Source: Thermodesulfovibrionales bacterium
Lineage (GTDB): Bacteria > Nitrospirota > Thermodesulfovibrionia > Thermodesulfovibrionales > CALJEL01
DNA: 64,000 nucleotides
Reading direction: 5' to 3'
Assembly: GCA_026417875.1 (NCBI GenBank)
Contig: JAOACK010000005.1
Location: forward strand, 5,062 to 69,061
The notes beneath the pieces are model-generated. The model worked only from the letters and a program-made list of their open reading frames with translations, was not told where the DNA came from and ran no database searches. Positions within the stretch are counted from its first letter, which is position 1; each line of letters begins with the position of its first letter. The position numbers and the translations under genes were made by a program. Shown piece after piece: positions 41,188 through 49,373 of the stretch.

Positions 41188-44010
41188 TTGGCGGACCTAA
41201 CAGAAAGTACACCTGCCAGGTTTGATATGAGCAGCTTTGAGTGGGCTTACGGAAATTGCGCATGGTGCCATCCAGGTGGTGGAAACCTTGAATATGACAG
41301 GGCAGGTTACAGATATGATAACAGACCGAGTGGTCTTATACCTGGTGGAACGGCAAATCCACAGAAGGATAATCACAAAGGTGATTATTATATTTTTGTG
41401 GCTGGAACAGGTATTGTATCAAGGGTAAGTGCCTGGATTAATCAGGGTGTTGGAGAAGCAGACTGCCTTATGTGTCACCTCAATTACCAGAATGCAGGAA
41501 GATTTGCAAATCTGGAGAGAAATTATACTGTGGCTGAACCACCAGCAATAGCTGATGACCCGAAGACACTTAAAGGCCTTAAATTCTCACCAACACTCGG
41601 TCTTGCGAGGACAGGATTGCTTACTGGAATAACCACTGGTTCACCAAATATAAATCCAAGCTTGAGTGGCTGGTCATGGGCAAGCACCACTATTCCCGGG
41701 TCATGGATAACAATGACACCTCCAAAGGAAAACTGTTCCATATGTCATTTTCCTGACAGAAGCTGGTTCGGTCCTTCTGGTTCAGCAAACAGAGGTCCTG
41801 CTGACAGACCTCTTGGATTCACGAGTTTTCAGAAGAGAATTCCAGCAGGTACTGTAACAGATGATGATGAAATAGCTGGTGTTGGTGGAAAGGATGGAAA
41901 GAATGACGCAGCCTGGGACATTGTAAATGGAAGGGTTGAAGGTGGCAAGAGAGGAGAATCCATAAATGATCCCAATAATCCAGATGCCCATATGGATAGA
42001 GGATTTGTATGCGCTACCTGCCATTATACTCTCGGAGATGAAGATGGAGAACTCTACGGACCAAAAAGAGATGCTGCTGGCAACATCGTCGCTCCTCAGG
42101 TAAATATAAAGAAAATAGACCATCAGTTTGCAAAAGGTGATGCCTTCCAGGATACAAAAGGAATGGACCAGGTAGACTACACTGTTACCTGTGAAAGCTG
42201 CCACATAACAAAGACCCATCCTAATGCAGGAAATGCACCTACACCCACACATGCTGGATTCCCATCAGTACACTTTGTAAAGATACATTGCAAAACCTGT
42301 CATATTCCCGTAGTGAATGGTCCGGTAAAACAATTCTTAGCTGATTTCTCAGCAGGACCATACAGGGGATTTGCAAGGGTTCAGTCAGTTGAGATGCCTT
42401 CAACAGGAATAGGTCTTAAGCCCCTTAAGACCTGGCAGAAAAGAGAGGATGGCATAAAGCTCGTACCACACGGTACAATGGCTGCCAGTGTATGGGTAGA
42501 TGGTTCTCCAGCTAAACCCACATTCCAGAGATATGCAAGGGCTGTGGCTGTAAATTACAGGGCATTTGTGGGAGATGCAAATGGAGATGGCCTTTATGAC
42601 TGGCCCCTTAACAGACCGCATGATGGTGGCACAAGGGTAAGCCATATAGTTAATGATCCTCCTGAGATTGCTGGTTTTGTGGCAAGGCTTAATAACCCAA
42701 CAGGTTTTGGAATCTCAGGTGTTCCATCCATATCTGATCCTGTACTCAACATATACAATATAGTATTCAGCATAAGCCACAATATCCAGCCTATCACAAG
42801 GGATGCTCAGGGAAAACCCGTACCAGGTCCTCTCAAAACTTATACATTTACTAAACCAGATGGTACAACTGGCACCTTCCAGAGAAACACCGGACCTCTT
42901 GGTATAAATGGTTGTGTAGAGTGCCATTCCAGTTCAGATCCAAACTCAAAAAATTACAGCCCTAAGTCTATTGGTTTCTTTGATATGGATTACACACTCT
43001 ATCTAAACTCATCAAGACTTACCCAGACATGCACGGATAGTGCTGGAAACATTGATCCTAACTGCACAACTGGAAAAAGAAGGGTGAGATATGTGCTTAG
43101 CTATAAAAATCCAGATGGAAGCTCAAACATCATAGACCTTGGTTCAAGGGCCGCTCACGGTCAGACTGTTCCAAATACCGTTAATCAGGCTGAGGTAATG
43201 GGATACAGCTCCTATGATGTAACCATGCTCACAGATCCTGCAACTGCAGGTATACCAAAACCCAGAGCCCAATTCGCCTATTCCCTGAACGGTCTTAACA
43301 TCTCTGTGAAAACCTCTACCGCTTCATGTTCAAGCACCAGCTGTTCCTATAACTGGTCATTCGGTGATGGCTCGACTGCATCAGGACTGACTGCCTCTTA
43401 TACATATTCTCAGCCGGGCACCTATACAGTTAAGCTCACTGTTGTTGACAACATCAATTCCACCCAGGATGTTAGATCTATCCCGGTGTCAATTTCAACA
43501 TATGCTGCAAACCGTCCACCTCAGGCAAGCTGGAATATCTCAGTGAATCAGAACTCCTGGACTGTATCTATTACTGATACCTCTACTGATCCAGATGGTA
43601 ATCTTTCAAGCATTACAATTAACTGGGGAGATGGTTATGTACAGACTCTTTCACCCGGAGCTACTGTGACCCGTACCTATGCAACACAGGGCTCTTATTC
43701 CATTACACTGACTGCAAAGGACTCCACTGGCGCTAAGTCCTCTGTATCACAGATTGTCTCCTTCTCCAGATTCAAGATCACTGGATCTGTTACTAATTCA
43801 AGTGGTAACCCGGTTGGCGGCGCAACCCTTAAACTCTATAAAGGCTCAACACTTCTGAAAACCTCTTACTCAACTACAGCAGGCTCTTTCTCCTTCACTT
43901 ATCTTAAACCCGGTACATACACAATTAAAACCACCAAATCTGGTTACACATTCCCTGATACAGAGGTAACTGTTGGACCTGACCAGTCTGTGACCATTCG
44001 GGCTCAGTAA
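41188..44010 (+). CDS. Main body of the large extracellular multihaem cytochrome (7 CXXCH, two PKD domains, CarboxypepD_reg-like C-terminal domain)
   Basis: - 940 aa as listed in the track, which uses a TTG start with no signal peptide.
- The frame is actually open upstream to the UGA at 41167-41169 and, beyond it, to about 41059.
- Haem motifs: CAWCH, CLMCH, CSICH, CATCH, CESCH, CKTCH, CVECH.
- PKD-like repeats: YNWSFGDGSTASG...YTVKLTVVD and INWGDGYVQTL...YSITLTAKD.
- C-terminal domain: ITGSVTNSSGNPVGGATLKLY...GTYTIKTTKSGYTF. Confidence 0.75.
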   Translation: MADLTESTPARFDMSSFEWAYGNCAWCHPGGGNLEYDRAGYRYDNRPSGLIPGGTANPQKDNHKGDYYIFVAGTGIVSRVSAWINQGVGEADCLMCHLNYQNAGRFANLERNYTVAEPPAIADDPKTLKGLKFSPTLGLARTGLLTGITTGSPNINPSLSGWSWASTTIPGSWITMTPPKENCSICHFPDRSWFGPSGSANRGPADRPLGFTSFQKRIPAGTVTDDDEIAGVGGKDGKNDAAWDIVNGRVEGGKRGESINDPNNPDAHMDRGFVCATCHYTLGDEDGELYGPKRDAAGNIVAPQVNIKKIDHQFAKGDAFQDTKGMDQVDYTVTCESCHITKTHPNAGNAPTPTHAGFPSVHFVKIHCKTCHIPVVNGPVKQFLADFSAGPYRGFARVQSVEMPSTGIGLKPLKTWQKREDGIKLVPHGTMAASVWVDGSPAKPTFQRYARAVAVNYRAFVGDANGDGLYDWPLNRPHDGGTRVSHIVNDPPEIAGFVARLNNPTGFGISGVPSISDPVLNIYNIVFSISHNIQPITRDAQGKPVPGPLKTYTFTKPDGTTGTFQRNTGPLGINGCVECHSSSDPNSKNYSPKSIGFFDMDYTLYLNSSRLTQTCTDSAGNIDPNCTTGKRRVRYVLSYKNPDGSSNIIDLGSRAAHGQTVPNTVNQAEVMGYSSYDVTMLTDPATAGIPKPRAQFAYSLNGLNISVKTSTASCSSTSCSYNWSFGDGSTASGLTASYTYSQPGTYTVKLTVVDNINSTQDVRSIPVSISTYAANRPPQASWNISVNQNSWTVSITDTSTDPDGNLSSITINWGDGYVQTLSPGATVTRTYATQGSYSITLTAKDSTGAKSSVSQIVSFSRFKITGSVTNSSGNPVGGATLKLYKGSTLLKTSYSTTAGSFSFTYLKPGTYTIKTTKSGYTFPDTEVTVGPDQSVTIRAQ

Positions 44011-44019
44011 AAAAATTGA

Positions 44020-44079
44020 CCGGGCAGAAATGCCCGGCCTTACCTCCCATCCCGTTGCCCGGAGCCATTGGCTCCGGGC
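44020..44079. terminator. Bidirectional terminator pair between convergent genes
   Basis: Hairpin 1 is CCGGGCA-GAAA-TGCCCGG (44020-44037), flanked by an A-run on the plus strand, which is a T-run for mutS2. Hairpin 2 is GCCCGGAGCC-ATT-GGCTCCGGGC (44057-44079), followed by TTTATTTT for the cytochrome gene. Confidence 0.75.
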
Positions 44080-44081
44080 AT

Positions 44082-46418
44082 TTATTTTAACTTTACTATT
44101 GATACTCCGTCTCCACCCTCTTCAGTATTTCCTGGTCTGAAATTATCAACTAGTGGATGGCCTTTAAGATAATCCCTCACTGCCCTTTTAAGTCTTCCTG
44201 TGCCAAGACCGTGAATAATCTTAACTCCACTCAATCCAGCAAGGGAGGCATGATTTAAATAGGTTTCGAGCCTTGAGAGGGCCTCCTCCACAGTCATGCC
44301 TGTTAAATTGATTGATTCAGCAACTCGCTCTTCAGGCATTCTTTCTTCATAACTTTTTAATAATATACCTCTTGGAGCCTCTATATCGCTCAGGGCTACC
44401 TCTGCCTCAAAGGCACCTGCCCTAACCCTGACCCTGTCGGATTCTACCCTCATGACTACACCGTCATAACCAAGGCTTTTGATATAAACCTTTGAGCCAG
44501 GTTCTGGAATAAAGACCTCTTCTTTCTTTTTAAATTCATTTAAAGCCTTTTCAATCTCCATCTCTTTTGCCCTGAGATTTTTAATACTCTCCTTGGGACT
44601 TCTCTTTGCTTCCATAATTAATTTATTAATAAAGACCTTTGTCTCATTCAATAGCTCCTTTGACTCCTCAAGGGCCTTTCTTATAATCTCCTTTTTTTTA
44701 ATTACCAGCTCTGATTCCTTTTCTTGCAGGATCCTTTCTTTTTCAGAAATCTCTTGTTGAAGCTTCCTTAGTCTTTCTAACTCAAGCTCATAAAACTTCT
44801 GCTTTTTCCTAAGATCATCCAGTACAAGCTGAAAGTCAAGCTTGCCCTTTCCAATAAACTCCTTTGCCCTCCGAATAATATTCTCAGGAAGACCGAATCT
44901 CTCTGCTATAGAGATACCATGGGATTGTCCTGGCAGACCCATTCTCAATCTGTAGAGCGGCCTCATCAGGCTTTCGTCAAACTCCATTGAAGCATTAACC
45001 ATACCTTCAGTATTTGAGACAAAGGCAGCAACCTCAAGCAGATGGGTTGTTGCTATAACTGTGCTACCCCTCATCTTTAACTCCTCAAGTATGGCACAGG
45101 AAAGGGCAGCACCTTCTGAGGGATCTGTAGCCCTGCCAATCTCATCAAGAAGCACAAGGACTTCAGGCTTTGACCTATTGATTATATCTGAAACATTCTT
45201 TATATGGCCTGAAAATGTGGAGAGATTTTCCTCTATGGACTGCTCATCACCCATATCAACAAGAACATCACTCACAAAGGGTAAGACCGAGCCAGATTGA
45301 GCCGGAACAGGTATTCCAGAGAGTGCCATGATAGTAAGAAGACCTGCTGTCTTGAGGGCAATGGTCTTTCCTCCAGCATTGGGTCCTGTAATAATCATTA
45401 TCCTGTGAGAACCTCCCAGCTCGAGATCAAGGGGAACAACATCCTGAATGACTCTCTTTTCCTTTAGAAGGAGAAGCACTGGATGTCTTGCTCCAAAGAG
45501 CTGGAGTCTCTGTTCACTGTCTATCTCAGGCTCGGTCAGTCCGAGCCTTTCAGAGAATAAGGCAATGCTTCTTAATAGGTCAAAATAAATAAGGTTTCCA
45601 TAAGAGGCTTCTATTTTAGAAAGATCTGCCCTCAAAAGAGAGGATATACCTCTCAATACCCTTATCTCCTCTGCCTTTTCCTCTGCAATTATATTTTCGT
45701 GCTCATTGGCAAGTTCGACAATCTCAAGGGGTTCAACATAAAGGGTCTCGCCTGTCCTTGAGATATCATGTATAACACCTGGAATCTTTCCCTTAAAATC
45801 AGCCTTCAATGGAATAACCCACCTTCCTCCTCTGATGGTAACATATTCATCCTGAATAGCAGGTGCTAATTCCCTTGCATGGATAATTTCATCTAGCCTT
45901 TTTCTGATCCCCTGCTCGAGATTCCTTTTTCTCCTTCTAATTTCCCTCAATTCATGAGATGCTGTATCGAGGATATTACCTTCATGGTCGACAGACCTGT
46001 CAATAAGATCTATAAGGTCTTTAAAATCACCCATTCCTGAAATTAGATGAGATAAATGGGGAATGTCCTTTGCTGTCCCGACGGAGTTTCTGATTCTCTC
46101 TATGTTTAAAAAGACCTTTCTTAAGGTATAAAGCTCCTCTGGCTCAATAAAAGAACCCTCTGGCCTTAACTTCTGAAGAATTCCTGAAAGATCATCAAAT
46201 TCATCAAGGGCTATCTCCCTTCCCTCAGATATGACCCTTCTCAGTTCAGCCACAAGGTGAAATCTCTTTTCAATCTCATCTTTATAACCCAAAGGCCTTA
46301 TTGAGAGTATGAGCCTCTTAGAGGCAGGACTCCTTGCATAAAGCGAAATCTCCTCAAGGACCTTATGAAACTCAAGAAGCCTTAAAGAATTTTCATCCAT
46401 TCTTAATTTTCCATACAA
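44082..46418 (-). CDS. mutS2: Endonuclease MutS2 (MutS ATPase + C-terminal Smr domain)
   Basis: 778 aa with Walker A (ITGPNAGGKT), a long coiled-coil and a C-terminal Smr domain (VKIIHGLGTGRLKRAVRDYL). Confidence 0.92.
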   Translation of the reverse strand: MYGKLRMDENSLRLLEFHKVLEEISLYARSPASKRLILSIRPLGYKDEIEKRFHLVAELRRVISEGREIALDEFDDLSGILQKLRPEGSFIEPEELYTLRKVFLNIERIRNSVGTAKDIPHLSHLISGMGDFKDLIDLIDRSVDHEGNILDTASHELREIRRRKRNLEQGIRKRLDEIIHARELAPAIQDEYVTIRGGRWVIPLKADFKGKIPGVIHDISRTGETLYVEPLEIVELANEHENIIAEEKAEEIRVLRGISSLLRADLSKIEASYGNLIYFDLLRSIALFSERLGLTEPEIDSEQRLQLFGARHPVLLLLKEKRVIQDVVPLDLELGGSHRIMIITGPNAGGKTIALKTAGLLTIMALSGIPVPAQSGSVLPFVSDVLVDMGDEQSIEENLSTFSGHIKNVSDIINRSKPEVLVLLDEIGRATDPSEGAALSCAILEELKMRGSTVIATTHLLEVAAFVSNTEGMVNASMEFDESLMRPLYRLRMGLPGQSHGISIAERFGLPENIIRRAKEFIGKGKLDFQLVLDDLRKKQKFYELELERLRKLQQEISEKERILQEKESELVIKKKEIIRKALEESKELLNETKVFINKLIMEAKRSPKESIKNLRAKEMEIEKALNEFKKKEEVFIPEPGSKVYIKSLGYDGVVMRVESDRVRVRAGAFEAEVALSDIEAPRGILLKSYEERMPEERVAESINLTGMTVEEALSRLETYLNHASLAGLSGVKIIHGLGTGRLKRAVRDYLKGHPLVDNFRPGNTEEGGDGVSIVKLK

Positions 46419-46614
46419 AAGTTATTTCTAATCGTTTTCTTCTGTCTATTAATTATACAACCTTTAAATTAATCTTTTTAAAGATAAGGGCCTCTTAGGT
46501 AATGTCAATACTTCTGCGTAAATTCCTTTAAAGGTTTTATCCGCCAATGTTCATTTAACTGGCTAATTACTGCTGAGAATATCCTCTCTATGCTCGCTGT
46601 GTTGTTAAAGCAAC

Positions 46615-47232
46615 TCATCTTTTTCTTGCTATATTATCTTCTGTGACAGGTATTGCCTACTGCCAGAGATTATCAAAATACTTTTCTGCCTCATCTACCC
46701 CATAATCACTTATCTCCACATTGAACTACTGCTCCCGTGTTAAGCCAGATGATGTAAGATTACTACTTCCTGTGATAAAAAGGGCCTTTCTTCCGACCTG
46801 TGTTTCTTCAAGCTTGAAGATATAAAGCTTGGCATGGTTTGGCTCATAGGTCTTTCTTATTATGAGGCGGTTGTTTTTTATAAGTTCAATAAAAAATCTT
46901 ACCTGCTCGTAAAATTCCCTGTTGTCAAATTGTTCTGTGTTTATGGATTTCTTTATAGAGTCAAAAAATTTATAAAGCCTTTAGTAATCTGAAAGCCCCT
47001 TTTCATCACTTCCGTGCTCAATGAGTCCATAGATAGTTTTATCAACATTCAGCCCAACAAGGATTTTCAATGTAACATAAGGATTATTCTTCAGGCCTTC
47101 ATAGAGTTCCATAAGACCTGAAAAATAAAAAAATCCAACGAGGAATTTGAGCTCTTTACTCTTTGAAAGAAGTTCAAGAAGTCTCTTTTTAAGGAGCTTT
47201 GTAGAACTATTTGTTATGAAATTGTTCATCAA
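46615..47232 (-). pseudogene. Remnant of a PLD (HKD)-domain helicase-type gene; only the 5' portion survives, with three in-frame stops
   Basis: The 83-aa ORF 46981-47232 continues in the SAME frame through TAA (46981-46983), TAG (46726-46728) and TAG (46657-46659) to TGA (46615-46617). The read-through translation is ...RLYKFFDSIKKSINTEQFDNREFYEQVRFFIELIKNNRLIIRKTYEPNHAKLYIFKLEETQVGRKALFITGSSNLTSSGLTREQ*FNVEISDYGVDEAEKYFDNLWQ*AIPVTEDNIARKR*. It contains an HxK...GSxN phospholipase-D motif. No helicase body follows. Confidence 0.65.
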
Positions 47233-47243
47233 CTTAGCCGATG

Positions 47244-47657
47244 TTATATTTCATCATCCCTTTCTCTGTAAACTTCATATTTCTTCTCTGCCCTTTTCTT
47301 CCTCTTTGCCTTCTGCTTTCTGAGCCTCTCTATTTCAGCTTGTCTTGAAGACCTCAATCCATGGAGCTCCTCTATCTTCCAGATAAGTTCCCTTCTTGCA
47401 AGGAATCTGTTAATGGACTGGCTTCTGGTATCCATGCATTTAACTTCAATACCGGTAGGGACATGTTTTAGATAAACACAGGTTGCGGTCTTGTTAACCT
47501 TCTGACCACCCCTGCCCGAGGAACGAATAAATTTTTCAATAATATCCTCTTCCCTTATATTCAGGGCCTCCATTCTCTCCTGTAGCCAGCGGTTCTTTTC
47601 TTCACTGACAGCAAAATCAGGCATTTCCTCAACCTTTATTAATGTTAAGTTTAGCAT
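47244..47657 (-). CDS. arfB: ArfB-like GGQ-domain peptidyl-tRNA hydrolase (RF-1 domain protein with a basic C-terminal tail)
   Basis: 137 aa with SSGRGGQKVNKTATCVYLKH (class I release-factor GGQ loop) and a Lys/Arg-rich C-terminal tail (RLRKQKAKRKKRAEKK). Confidence 0.72.
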   Translation of the reverse strand: MLNLTLIKVEEMPDFAVSEEKNRWLQERMEALNIREEDIIEKFIRSSGRGGQKVNKTATCVYLKHVPTGIEVKCMDTRSQSINRFLARRELIWKIEELHGLRSSRQAEIERLRKQKAKRKKRAEKKYEVYRERDDEI

Positions 47658-47796
47658 AAAAGAAAGGGCGAAATTAATACCTGTAAATTAATATCTTTTA
47701 ACTCTAAGATTTTAAAATCAGGTAGAAACCATTCTAAGACAGGGACTGAAGATCCTAACTATTGACTTTAAAAAGAAATCATTACATTATATAAAT

Positions 47797-48342
47797 ATGA
47801 AAAGACAAATCGCCATAACCCTTCTCTTCTTTTTATTAACAGGCTGCGCCACCATTGCTGGTGTTAAAGAGGGAGAAGAAGAATTTTTACCGCCTGTAGC
47901 AGGACCACCTTATGATAGTTATATCCAGGGTCAGCCAGCAATAGATATGAGGATAGAAGGAGGTATTTATTACTGGAAGAGTGCAAATACCTGGCATGTA
48001 AGATTTGCGAGACCCTATACGGCTCCAAGGGCCTTTCCTGAAGGTACAGTATTTTCAGGCAATATCAGGGTTGAGGACGGTATCATAATTGATGTAAGCA
48101 GATTCAATGCCTCTCCCATTGATGACATAAGAAGACTCAGAGATACCCTTTCCTTCAGATTCGAGATAAAGGATGACATCAAGGGCTTTGACTTTGTTGT
48201 CCAGCCTGTTCTTTCCCGGTACTGCGTTATATCAGACTTCAGAGTACAGGGCATTTTAAACCCGGAGCTAGTGAGGCTCGGTGCATTCATGCACAGACCT
48301 GAATCAGTACCATTTAAGATATGTGTCAGGAGCTTTGAATGA
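47797..48342 (+). CDS. Hypothetical lipoprotein
   Basis: 181 aa with a lipobox (LLTGCA). It is the first gene of a four-gene operon with overlapping stops and starts. Confidence 0.5.
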   Translation: MKRQIAITLLFFLLTGCATIAGVKEGEEEFLPPVAGPPYDSYIQGQPAIDMRIEGGIYYWKSANTWHVRFARPYTAPRAFPEGTVFSGNIRVEDGIIIDVSRFNASPIDDIRRLRDTLSFRFEIKDDIKGFDFVVQPVLSRYCVISDFRVQGILNPELVRLGAFMHRPESVPFKICVRSFE

Positions 48343-49373
48343 GAAAGTTTGTGATTCTTCTAATGCTGGTTTTACTTCTTATCTCTTCTGCCATTTCTCA
48401 GGAAGAGAGATATCTCAGTAATATACAACAGCTAACCTTTGAGGGAGACAATGGAGAAGCCTATTTCAGCTCTGATGGAAAAAAACTGATCTATCAATCA
48501 AACAGGGGATATAAATGTGACAAGATATGGATCATGAATATTGATGGAACAGAAAAAAGGATGGTAAGCCCCTCAAGAGGTGCCCATACCTGTGCCTTCT
48601 TCTTTCCTGACGGAAAGAGGATACTTTTTTCTTCCACAGTCCATCTTGAGGGTGATTGTCCTGAGCAGGCAGTTCCAGCTCAAAAAAGATATGTATGGCC
48701 CCTTTATCCCTATGATATCTATGTTGCAAACATTGATGGTTCAGGACTTAAGAGGCTAACAGAAAATCCTGAATATGATGCTGAGGCGATTGTATCACCC
48801 GATGGAAAGGAGATTGTCTTTACATCAAAAAGAAATGGAGATGTGGATATCTATATTATGAATGCTGATGGAACAAACATAAGAAGACTAACAGATAGAT
48901 TCGGTTATGACGGAGGTGCATGGTTTTCTCCTGACGGTACTAAGATTGTATGGCGTGCCTGGTATCCTGAAACAGAGGAAGAGCTCAATCTATGGAAAGA
49001 GTGCATAAAGGGTAATTACATAGTTCCTCTGCCCCTTGACCTGTGGGTCATGAACAGGGATGGATCTGACAAGAGAAGAATACTTCATAACGGTGCAACA
49101 AACTGGGCTCCTTCCTGGCATCCTGATGGTAGAAGGATAATATTTTCAAGTAATATGGATGACTGGAGAGAGGAACTTAAACAGTACGGGCCGAACTTCG
49201 AGCTCTACATGATAAACATTGATGGCACAGGACTTAAAAGGATCACCTATAACAATGTCTTTGATAGTTTTCCAATGTTCAGTCCGGATGGGAAAAAACT
49301 TGTCTTTGCCTCAAACAGGAATCCAGAAAAGCCCAGACAGACTGATATCTTCATTGCAGACTGGATAGAATAG
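48339..49373 (+). CDS. TolB-like PD40/WD40 beta-propeller protein
   Basis: 344 aa with a signal peptide and repeated PD40 units (FSSDGKKLIYQSNR, SPDGKEIVFTSKRNGDVDIYIMNADG, FSPDGKKLVFASNRN). Confidence 0.8.
   Translation: MRKFVILLMLVLLLISSAISQEERYLSNIQQLTFEGDNGEAYFSSDGKKLIYQSNRGYKCDKIWIMNIDGTEKRMVSPSRGAHTCAFFFPDGKRILFSSTVHLEGDCPEQAVPAQKRYVWPLYPYDIYVANIDGSGLKRLTENPEYDAEAIVSPDGKEIVFTSKRNGDVDIYIMNADGTNIRRLTDRFGYDGGAWFSPDGTKIVWRAWYPETEEELNLWKECIKGNYIVPLPLDLWVMNRDGSDKRRILHNGATNWAPSWHPDGRRIIFSSNMDDWREELKQYGPNFELYMINIDGTGLKRITYNNVFDSFPMFSPDGKKLVFASNRNPEKPRQTDIFIADWIE

Noticed and set aside
41188-41190. TTG at 41188 as the genuine start of the 940-aa cytochrome
   Set aside because: A c-type cytochrome must be exported, but this start gives no signal peptide and has no RBS. 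The frame is open and protein-like upstream of the UGA. The TTG also lies inside the hairpin. It is better explained as the first permissive codon after an internal stop.
41170-41225. Longer-range pairing UCAAACC (41176-41182) with GGUUUGA (41219-41225) as part of an extended SECIS-like structure
   Set aside because: It competes with two base pairs of the local CCGCC/GGCGG hairpin and encloses a large unstructured loop. I cannot evaluate its energetics by eye, so it is not used as evidence.
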